DNA of 64,000 nucleotides from Bispira polyomma (lineage: Eukaryota), in contig OZ287757.1 in the NCBI GenBank assembly GCA_965649765.1, positions 23,188,001-23,252,000 on the forward strand, in the 5' to 3' direction. Below, in pieces: positions 36,488 to 46,892 of this stretch. Made by a program: the position numbers and the translations under genes. Numbering within the stretch: the stretch's first letter is position 1; every line of letters begins with the position of its first letter. Below the pieces are notes generated by a model. It worked only from the letters and a program-made list of their open reading frames with translations. It was not told the DNA's origin and did no database searches.

Positions 36488-37291
36488 TTGAGCTTGGGTG
36501 TCAAAATTTCAAAGTAAACTTTTTAAAATTTTTACTTTTATTTCATTATCTGTATTTGTATATATATATACTAACGTGTAAAATAAAATCCTCAAACAAG
36601 AGTTTTACTGTCTTGTCAAATTTACAACTTTCCATCCCCTTTAAGAATTATTTGGGAAAGAATTATAACTTATTAGCTTCACATCTTATAGAACTGGACT
36701 GTGCACAACACGACTACTATAGGGGTCTGTTAGTTCAGTCCAACATAAGATGAATTCAACCTTAAACACCATAGGTTATACCTACTTTTTATTTTCTTGT
36801 TTATTGGGTAACAACCAATTAAATTCAAACCCATCCACTCATGACCGCTCCCCTCCACTTTCCACCATTATTAACTCGAGACTTGAACGAGCAACAACAT
36901 ATATTGCAAAACCCACCACCTCCCCTTACCACAGCAAGAAATAGGGCTAGTTCTAGGATACGAGTGGCTTGGGTTGGGGAGAATCTATACCGTGTCGCGT
37001 TCGGTTCCTGCTTCCATAAACTTGCCCTTGGCGTGGCTGCTAAGGGAATTCGGAGCTCTGCGAGCAGGGACCGACCGAGGCTAGGCGTGTTGGTGCCGTA
37101 GGTCGGGTTCTTTCCTTTCCAGGACATTGTAAAAATTTCATGTGTTAGGGTATATAGGAATATTATATACTTTTTCTTTGAAGAATTCAGTTTCTCATAG
37201 GGATTTTGCTTGAATTCCCATTGATATTAAGATCTGTGACCCATTACATGATCTTTGACAGATTAAGGTATAATTAGTAGTTAGTTAATGT

Positions 37292-37765
37292 AACCAGTTA
37301 TATTACAATCTTCTCCTTTAAGTAATCTTCCTCCTACAGTGTAGTGTAATATAGACGGTTTTAAGGGAAGCTGGGCACCCTTGAGCTGTCGCCAATGTTA
37401 GAAACTGTGGCTTCACAAATACTAGTAATTATGTGCAGTATTATATGTAAAATTGAATATTTAGCGTACCACAAGACGGTCACATATGTGTGTTACATTG
37501 TTGATAATGCAACAAAATTTAATTATGATAATCCAGTTATATTACAATCTTCCTCTAAGTAACCTTCCTCCTACAGGGTAGTGTAATATAGACGGTTTCA
37601 GGGGTAGCTGGGCACCCTTGAGCTGTCGCCAACGTTAGAAGCTTAGCTTCAGAAATACTAGTAATTATGGGTAATATTTACATGTAAAATTTATACTTAG
37701 TGTACCACAAGACGGTCACATGTATGTGTTATATTGTTGATAGTGCAACGAATTATAATTATATA
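37292..37765. repeat. ~240-bp tandem duplication in the Ngaro A2-B2 spacer
   Basis: ccagttatattacaatctt.. starts at ~37294 and ~37533. Confidence 0.85.
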
Positions 37766-39588
37766 TGCATTTATGACGTGTTTATGATGTGTTTATGGCC
37801 CAATACAGGGGTAATGCATTATTCTAATGACAGGTTTATGCCAAAAAAAAAAATGTAATGGACGTGTACTGTGTTAGAAACTAGTTTACTAGTAAATGTC
37901 AGGGGAAAGATTTGGTCAGAGGCACAAGTGTACTTTGCTGAATAGTTAACACACCCTATTGCTCTATATTAGGTTCAAATCAGTTAATAATTGAACTAGT
38001 TAGTAAAAGTTTGTTTTAATAATTTTAGTCAACTTCTATTAATATTTAGATGCAACGATAAATTACATTATCGTATTTGTGTATACTATGATCTCTATTG
38101 GATCGATAGAAATTCAGTTATTGATACTTCTTTTATTATATGTATTATATATGTTGGTAGACACTGATAGGGGTGTCAAAATTTCAAAGTAAACTTTTTA
38201 AAATTTTTACTTTTATTTCATTATCTGTATTTGTATATATATATACTAACGTGTAAAATAAAATCCTCAAACAAGAGTTTTACTGTCTTGTCAAATTTAC
38301 AACTTTCCATCCCCTTTAAGAATTATTTGGGAAAGAATTATAACTTATTAGCTTCACATCTTATAGAACTGGACTGACATTATTGGCAGTGTTTTTCTCC
38401 CCATGTTTTCTACAATTTTCCCATTTGATATGTCTACTTTTACTCTACAATTTTTGCTGCTGTTATTAACATTATGATCTATATTTTTTTAGATCGTTAG
38501 CGCTATCAGATCTGTAATACTGAACTTTGCAGTCCTCGTCTGCTTCTAGTCTGCCCATCTTGAGTCCATTTCGTCTCGTATCTGGACTATCTGTGACAAT
38601 AACATAATAGCTCATATTAACCTTGTTTTCAAAATTAACTGTATTATAATTTTCTGACAATTTTGTTACAGGCTTTATAATCACTTCGTCAGTTACATTT
38701 TTATTAACTGTGTTCACACATGTGTTATTATTCTTAATGGCATATAGCTGCTGCTGTTCATAAGTAATTTCAAATTTTGTAGCAGTTACATGACTGTTCT
38801 TTTTGTTCTCACATTTTAACTCACTGTTTACAGACTGTGGTTGTGCTAGCCGAATGGCCCCTTATCTGTTACCTACTGTATTCTTAGCTTGTTTGTTGGC
38901 GTTATATAATTAGTATATTGGGTGGGAAGATAGCAGTAACAGTGGGTTCACAAATTTGACGTCATAGACCACGTGACCACCCGTAGGAGAGATCCCCCCT
39001 CCCCCCCTGTGACCCCCCAGAGGGGGGATGCCCCCCCCCTCCGGTAATGGCTTATTGTCACCCCCTTCTTTGTCAATCCATTAACTAGTGTAGAATGACC
39101 AGGTGGCCGCAGGTGTTTAATCAGTTCATGTGACACCCCCCCACTCCCCTTGCCATTCCATTTGGAACAGATGGCTCATTGTTACAGCTTCTTTGACAAT
39201 CCATTACCAAGTGTGAATGAGCAGGTGGCCGCAGGTGATTATCAACATTATTTATTGCTGAATGACAGATGGCGCATTGTTATCCAATTCATTTAAACTG
39301 CATTTAATTTAAAAAAAAATTGCTTGATAATGAGTATAATGTAGAATGAGCAGGTGGCTGCAGTACATGGGCCCTTGTCATCAAACCCATTTATCAATCC
39401 ATTTGAAGGCCTTTTAATTAAATTCTTTGACAAAAGAAGTGGTATAAAATGAACAGATGCCCCAAACCCCTTGAAGTATTTGTCCATTAAATATTCAATT
39501 AAAAAATGAGAAATGGCACTAAAGGGTATAATTCTGCCAATTCATCTTTATTTGAAAAAATTTATAAAATTGGGCCATCATCATAGGT

Positions 39589-39819
39589 TTGAATTCCATA
39601 AGCCCAAACATTGGCCCGAAGTCTCACGCTATTCGTCCAGAGCATTTAGCGGCTGGGGAGTTCAACTATAAACATCTGGGAGATAGAGTTCATTGTCACT
39701 GGTGCGATCTTATACTCTCTCAGTACGAACCGTTTGACAACGTACTCGAACGACACAAAAAAAACATTCTGAAAAGACTTGCGATTTTCTTAGAATATTG
39801 TTTTCCTCCAAAACTTTGA
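39589..39819 (+). pseudogene. Stand-alone BIR (inhibitor of apoptosis) domain, probably frameshifted at the 3' end
   Basis: LAAGEFNYKHLGDRVHCHWCDLILSQYEPFDNVLERHKK fits BIR LAxxGF..DxVxCxxC..W/Y..D..H. Confidence 0.75.
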
Positions 39820-39862
39820 AGAAATGAATACTTAAGAAATAGATGCTACAGATGAGAAGAAG

Positions 39863-40363
39863 GTGAAAGTGCATTCCGTCGGTCTTTCAGGAAATGGCGA
39901 ACTGTTTGTATTTCTGATACACAAGGAAGGAGAAATAGTCTTATGCAGCGACCTACTGAAACAACTAAGGAAACACACAGACTCTTTGAGCGAAGGGCTG
40001 CTAAAAATCTGTCTCAAGAAGAAACAGACGGAGTACAATGTTCATCTGAACAAAAACGTTTACGCTTACGCAAAAGCTCCCTACCGATGTGTCCAGATTC
40101 GTCAGTTCGAAGAAGTCGATGGAATCCTACTGCCCACCAAAGAAGGGATTTCTCTGAAACGGGTTCAATGGTTCACCCTTCTTGATATCTTTGAAGAAAT
40201 AGATACTGACTTTTTAACTCCGAACAAGAGAATCTGTCCAGAGTTCCACAGTAACCAAGAGGACTTCATGACTTGTCCTAACTGCTGTCTGCCTAAGAGG
40301 AACGAGCGAGAAGAAAAGTACAAACCGTTGAAGAAGAGGCTGTTCGACTCGGAGAAAGACTAA
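39863..40363 (+). CDS. PC4/Sub1-like ssDNA-binding protein with C-terminal C..HxNQ..CxxC motif
   Basis: VQIRQFEEVDGILLPTKEGISLKRVQW matches the PC4 core (DIR..G..P.KKGISL..QW); start codon uncertain. Confidence 0.75.
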   Translation: MKVHSVGLSGNGELFVFLIHKEGEIVLCSDLLKQLRKHTDSLSEGLLKICLKKKQTEYNVHLNKNVYAYAKAPYRCVQIRQFEEVDGILLPTKEGISLKRVQWFTLLDIFEEIDTDFLTPNKRICPEFHSNQEDFMTCPNCCLPKRNEREEKYKPLKKRLFDSEKD

Positions 40364-42124
40364 TTTCCTATTCGTTCTTTTCACTGACAATAATCTGTGT
40401 TTTTTTTTCTAATTTTTTTTTTTTTTTTTTGTAAAACGGTAATACGTTTTTATTTTGTAAAGAGAACCCTTAGTATATAAAATATAAGTATTAATTCTTG
40501 CAATGTCTATTATTAAAAAAAAAAAAAAAAAAACTCTCAAGCTTTGTTCGTGTAAACTTGTGTACTTAAAAGTGATTAAAATTTGTGTGAATTATCATTT
40601 GTTGTTTTGACTCGAAAGCGTTCACATGGCTTTGTTAAAGTTTGAATCCCCCTCTACTGCAGTGCAAGGAAATTTAGACATAGATTTGTAAGAGAGCCTC
40701 TAAGCGAGCCTCTTCGGTGATACCGACAGCAACCAAGTAGTATGATTAAGCCGGCTAAATTGTTAATGTTGGTTAACAGTTCGAACTATCGAAGTATCCA
40801 TGTATTCAACTTTAAAAAAATATATATGACTCATCACGAAATAATATACACAAAATAATTAGAAAAATGCATTTTATTACCACTATGATTGTAATAAAAT
40901 TACAGAAATACAATGAAATTTTATGGAAAATACATGCAACTAAAAATCATACTCAAAACGGAAGTCAATGTTCAAATCTACATGTAATTTCTGAAATAGG
41001 AGAAACTGCTTGATACAACAAAAGTTAAATACATGCCAAAGCTCACAACAAATTTAATACAGTTGTTTATGTTTCTTCTTTACTGGTCTCATCTGAATCT
41101 GTTTGTTTCTCACTTGTCTCTTCTAAATCTGTTTGTTTCTCACTTGTCTCTTCCGAATCTGTTTCTTGCTCACTCGAACTGTTGTCACTTGATTCGTCCT
41201 CCTTTTGAGGAACATATAATTATTTTTTGCCAAAACCCAGCAAATCACCTTGTCTTTATCCTTTTGTATCGATGATAAGTCTTGGATTTCATCCCAAATC
41301 AACTGTAGGAGTGACTGGGATTTGAACAGCCTTGGTATGTTGGAGACAGATCTCATCCCTTTAGAGGTGCTTATAGGGGAAGCTATTGGAGAGGAGGGGG
41401 AGGTGATGGAGCAGGACTTGTTGCGGGAGGCAGAACAGCCCCAAGCTGAGGACGAACAGGCTTATGGTAACGATGAGCAGAGCCAACAGGGGTCTTTTGA
41501 GCAGCAGCAGCAGCCCCAACTCGACGACGACCACAGCGATCACTCCCAGCAGCAGCAGTAGCAGCAGCCACAACTCGAAGATGACCACAGCGATCACTCC
41601 CAGCAGCAGCCGCTCCCACCTGCAATAATTCAACCGCAGTATTTATCATGTGGTCTATGTATGGAGCTGGACTATGTCACTGAAACAATAGTCTTTTCAC
41701 ATACCGCACCGTATGTAAGACTCTACAGGGATCAGTGTCAAGTACTGTGGAACCATCGCCGGGAAATAGAGCTGTCTCTAAATAATGCCAACCGTGAAAT
41801 TAGGGTCTGCTACCTTAACTATTGTGTAAGCGTCAACGATATTTACCAACAGCTTCGAATCAAGAAACATTCATTCGACGAATGTCAAGGAGACAGAATA
41901 TATTTTTTAGGATGTGAATGCACAATCTCGCAGGTAAATTTTCACATATCATACTCAAAACGGAAGTCAATGTTCAAACCACGTCATCGACCATTAAGCA
42001 ATTTTGTATCGTACGTGTGCAGAGGCTGCAAACCTCTATCCTGAGGCTTAGGCTGAGACAGCCTAAGGAGGCTAAGCCTAAGAGAGCCTCTAAGCGAGGA
42101 AGGGAAAGGAGGGGGATGACCAAA

Positions 42125-42460
42125 TGACTGGCTCATTGTTCCTGCTTCTTTGTCAATCCATTACCAAGTGTAGAATGAGCAGGTGGCCGCAGGTGATTAT
42201 CAACTTTATTTATTGCTGAATGGCAGATGGCACATTGTCATCAAATCCATTTGAACTGCATTTAATTGATGGAATGGGGGGAGCAATGGAAAGGAAAAAG
42301 AAGGGGAGGGAGGGATGACCACGTGATGACTCATTGTTTCCGCTTCTTTGTCAATCCATTACCAAGTGTAGAATGAGCAGGTAGCCGCAGATGATTATCA
42401 ACTTTATTTATTGCCGAATGGCAGATGACGCTATGCCATCAAATCCATTTGAACTGCATT
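42125..42460 (+). repeat. Two internal copies of the ~140-bp TIR sub-repeat
   Basis: ctcattgtt..cttctttgtcaatccattaccaagtgtagaatgagcagg.. matches 39170-39305. Confidence 0.9.
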
Positions 42461-42573
42461 ATACCAATTCATCTTTATTTAAAACATTTATAAAATTGGG
42501 TCATCATCATCAGTGGATTTTCTCGCTGTCCAAGAAAACCAGCACTATTAACTCTAAAGGACTCTAAATTTTC

Positions 42574-42856
42574 ATGGAGATTTGTTTAACGCTAGCCAAT
42601 CTTCCAACTAAGAACCAAGCCATTATTACAGGCATAAGCGACTTACAGAGACTGGCCAAAAAGTCACCCACTGTCTCCACTAACTTTAGCTAAAGTGGGA
42701 CTTTACCATACCGGCAACGAAGACCGATCCACTTGCGTCTGGTGAGATACCACTTTACACAACTGGGAATCCTATGACAACTGCTTTGAAGCACATAAGA
42801 GACATGCAAAAGACAGATTCTGTCTATATCTGTTGTATACCTACCCGTCGGCCTAA
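42574..42856 (+). pseudogene. Second BIR domain, inactivated (not in the ORF track)
   Basis: From 42686: LAKVGLYHTGNEDRSTCVW*DTTLHNWESYDNCFEAHKRHAKDRFC; TGA at 42743-42745 replaces the second Zn-ligand Cys. Confidence 0.8.
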
Positions 42857-43404
42857 ACAGAGCTATAACATTGGACTAAAATTTAGACAAAACTATAACT
42901 CTTGTGCTTGTTACACACACGAATATTATACATGAAATTTGCTTTATCCCTATATCGAAAAAGGATTACTTATAAAAGACGGCATGACCATTACCCCGCA
43001 AATATCCTAAGCGATGTACGAGCTGTATTTCGAACTTTTCTACGTTCATAGAGAAGATGCTCCTTCCTTACAGGAAATTTGTTTGAGGAAAATATACTAC
43101 TTCAACTATTATTTGCTACCTATAATGCTGCAAAAAATTTACAGAACGTGCTAGACTTCCAGTAAAGACTTAAAATGATGGGGTCATAAAATGTCTATTG
43201 CTTATTTTTGCATAGACTATTAATCTAAGTAATACAATCCATTGACCTTTCGATTGAGCACGCAATCTGATTGGTGTGGTTATTTACCAAGGTAGTTTAA
43301 CATTGCAGTAGGTAGAATCATATATAAAGTTATCCGATTATAAAATCACTGGTAACAGGGGCTACAACATCAATAGCAGATAAATACTCAATAGTAGTCG
43401 AGAA

Positions 43405-45017
43405 ATGGAAAATCCGGAGTCATTCAAATGTATGTCATGTGAAAAATCATACAAGTGGAAATGCGACCTTAAAAGGCATTTTTTGTTAAAACATCAAGAA
43501 GAGACACATTACAACAACGATATCCCACAAGAAGAACAAAATAGTGTGACATACCTACCTACTGGTGAACTGCAATTAATAAAAAATGAAAATTTTGAAT
43601 TTCTACACCCATTTACTATGAATGTGAGTGGTCCAACCGGATGTGGCAAAACATTTTTCATCCTTCTTTCAACTTCTTGAAAATTGTAAATCACATCCCC
43701 GTCCTGAGAGAATTCTGTACCTATACAAAAGATGGCAGCCACAGTATGACATATTACAGAAACAAGTAGAACCAAGGATAGAATCCGTCAGCGGTATGCC
43801 ACAGGATTTTGATCAAGATTCATTTTTTAATGTGGATAAAAATAACCTTATTATATTAGATAATATGATGGATCAAGCAAGCAGTGACAAAGCTGTATCT
43901 GACCTCTTTACAGAAGGGTCTCATCACAGAAATTTGAGTGTCATTAATTTGACCCAGTCACTTTTCCCCAAAGGTAAAAATAGTGCGACTCAAAGAAGGA
44001 ATACTCAATACCTTATCATATTCAAATCACCGATGTGTCAAGATCAAGTTAGAGTACTAGGACGGTACATGTTCTCCCGGGATTTCAACAGCTTTATGAA
44101 AGTATACTCTGAGGCAACAAAGCAGCCTTACGGGTATCTTATCATTGATGGAAAGATACAAACACCTACATCTGACCGACTCATCACAAATATTATGCCA
44201 AAAGAAATCTGCACGAAGGCACTTGTCCTAAATTGTAACCAAAGCAACAGCGAAAGATCTGATATTAAAAGACAAGTAGGTCATGGTACAAATGATGGCT
44301 ATGAAGATATATCAATGTCCATTGTACCACCGCCGGGTATACCCAATAAAACAATCGCCCAAAGCCCATCGGGTATAAAAAGGAGGTCAGGAAATAAAAA
44401 AGACTATTTCACACATCTACAGCAATCAGAGCACCTCAATATGGATTTACACGAGGCAACGCCGTGTAAATACTGTGGCATAGTGTTTGAGGATACAGAC
44501 AGGTTACAGGATCATCTGGTTAATGGCTGTGTTCGTGCCACAAAGAAGGAGACTGCATATAAATCTTCTGCATCGCTTAAAGACGATTGTACTGAGCCAG
44601 CATTGAAGAAACAAAAGCTGTCACATGCTATCAAAGACGATATTTCTGAAAATCACGTTTTCAATAGACTTTACAGACAATCTAAAGATGCGTACAATGA
44701 TGAATGGAACCAAACTCGTAAAGAGTATATCGAAGATGGGACAGAAGAACGAGCAGCTGAAATGGAAGCAGACAGAGAGCTACTGCCAGATTACAAAAAC
44801 AATTTTTTAAAGCGTACAAAATGCTTCTAAAGTCAATAAAAATAAATATATGTTCACAGATGTGTTTCAAGGAGATCAAAAGGAGGACGAATCAAGTGAC
44901 GACAAATCGAGTGAGCAAGAAACAGATTCGGAAGAGACAAACGAGAAACAAACAGATTCGGAAGATACAAGTGAGAAACAAACAGATTCGGATGAGACCA
45001 GTAAAGAAGAAGCATAA
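43405..45017 (+). pseudogene. Maverick A32/FtsK-like packaging ATPase with C2H2-type fingers and acidic tail; frameshifted
   Basis: CMSCEKSY..LKRHFLLKH finger; Walker A GPTGCGKT in ORF 43405-43680; Walker B LIILDNMM, LFTEGSHHRNLSVINLTQ and PYGYLIID in ORF 43628-44830. Confidence 0.9.
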
Positions 45018-45692
45018 ACAACTGTGCCAAATTTGTTGTGAGCTTTGGCATGTATTTAACGTTTGTTGTATCAAGCAGTTTCTCCTATTTCAGAAATTAC
45101 ATGTAGATTTGAACATTGACTTCTGTTTTGAGTATGATTTTTAGTTGCATGTATTTGCCATAAAATTTCATTGTATTTCTGTATACAATTTCATTGTATT
45201 TTTATTACAATCATAGTGGTAATAAAATGCATTTTTCTAATAATTTTGTGTATATTATTTTGTGATGAGTCATATATATTTTTTTAAAGTTGAATACATG
45301 GATACTTCGATAGTTCAAACTGTTAACCAACATTAACAATTTAGCCGGCTTAATCATACTACTTGGTTGCTGTCGGTATCACCGAAGAGGCTCGCTTAGA
45401 GGCTCTCTTAGGCTCAGCCCCCTGAGGCTGTCTCAGCCTAAGCTTTAGGATAGATGTTTGCAGCCTCTGCACACGTACGATATAAAATTGCTCAATGGTC
45501 GATGAAGTGGTTTGAACTGGATTTCCTGACTAGAAATATTATTTACAAACCTCGTCGATCCCTTAAAGCAGAATTCTTATTTTATCTTTCATTCACCATA
45601 AGATTTGTCTTACCTGTATTGTTAAAGCAGGAACTATGTTCCTTTTTTTACTTTGGTAAATTTGCTAATGCAAGAGGCTTTATAATATTCAC

Positions 45693-45968
45693 AAACAAGA
45701 GCACCAACCTCTTTCGAGGCTATTTTGACCTCTTACTTTGATCCCCTTAGGGGGGATATAGATTTGATCTAGTTAAACTGGATTCCCCCCGATACCAAAA
45801 AAACAACAACAACAAATATTTCTCTAGCCATACCTTATCACTACACAAAGTTTGGTGAAAATTGATTGCGCATAGTTATTTGTGTGATCTTGCTAACAAA
45901 CGAACAAACTAACATACCATGAAACGTAAATGCACAGGTGAAAACATAACCTCCTAGGTAGAGGTTAT
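45693..45968 (+). mobile_element. Probable Helentron-associated non-autonomous element (HINE-like)
   Basis: Begins aaacaagag, contains caaagtttggtgaaaatt, ends with terminal hairpin aacctc-ctaggta-gaggtt. Confidence 0.45.
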
Positions 45969-46762
45969 TAACCAAATAATGGATTAATGTGAATTCAGTT
46001 ATTTTGACCGGGAGCTCTGAAGTCATACTGGTGGACTTGCGGTAAACTCTCCCCAACTTGTTGGATAATAAGGTTTGTTTTATACTGCAATTAATCGGTT
46101 CTATTATATATATAGTTAGCCATAAAGGTATATATACCGAGAGAAGTAGCAGATATAAGGGTGAGAGTGGGGGTTAGGGGGAAGGTCTTATTTGGTAACA
46201 GGATGATTTTCATCAAATACATATGACATATACATATTTATATCTATATATATAATTTGTGATCTGATAAACACACCAGCCAATAAGATTTCTCTAATCT
46301 ACACCCACCCCACCCCTCCAATATGTGTGTTCAAAGTAGAAGGTGTGGTATGTGTCTTTAAAGTACTATAATATATGTGTACTAAGATGTTGATCAATAC
46401 ACCCTTATATGATGTATATACACACACATATATATCATATGTGCACTGAAAACAGACCAGTCAATGACACTTCCCCATATGTTATATTGTCGGTGGTTGA
46501 CAATGCTAAATCTTACTGGTGTCAGTCTAAATTTTATTTTACATGTGTAAGAGTACTTACAGGCAGGGCCTTTCATAGGCGTCCTCAGTGGAGTCGGTGA
46601 TTGATGTATTCGGACGCTTGTTGCTTCAAACAAGATTGAATATTTAACGGACAAATGCTTCAAAGGGTTTGGGGCATCTGTTCATTCTACGCCGCTCCTT
46701 TTGTCAAAGAATTTAATTAAAAGCCCTTCAAATGGATTAATACATGGGTTTGATGACAAGGG

Positions 46763-46892
46763 TTTTGAAGTTGGATATTTAACGTCCACTCTAGTACCTT
46801 TTAGTAGGTTATATTGGGACGGGTAGTTGGAAGCGCTGGGGGCAACACTGCATACAGTCGGTCAAGGTTCTGCAGAGAAACCAGCGGCCCAC
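46763..46892 (-). mobile_element. 5'-truncated MESC-like SINE inserted in the right Maverick TIR
   Basis: TSD tttgatgacaaggg at 46749-46762 and 46893-46906; absent from the left TIR. Confidence 0.9.

Larger units (their letters stand above)
31042..38376 (+). mobile_element. Apparently intact Ngaro-type YR retrotransposon (copy 3), A1-gag-pol-YR-B1-A2-spacer-B2
   Basis: A1 31042-31251 = A2 36702-36911 (3 mismatches seen); B1 36496-36701 = B2 38171-38376; three uninterrupted ORFs; no TSD, no LTRs, no methyltransferase ORF. Confidence 0.95.
40689..45410. repeat. Internal inverted duplication in the Maverick: 40689-41208 vs 44876-45410 (also 41972-42098 vs ~45391-45517)
   Basis: Direct reverse-complement match, including a 30-bp coding repeat. 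Confidence 0.9.

Noticed and set aside
44821-45144. Basic KQIR-repeat ORF resembling a protamine-like viral core protein (also 41123-41356 minus)
   Set aside because: Another frame gives an acidic tail (QKEDESSDD..EEA*) that better continues the ATPase gene; the basic frame lacks a credible start
46560-46625. Hammerhead-like CTGAGGA + stem on the minus strand (also CTGAAGA near 5740)
   Set aside because: No GAAA after stem II or closing stems; the 5740 motif is not conserved in the paralogue
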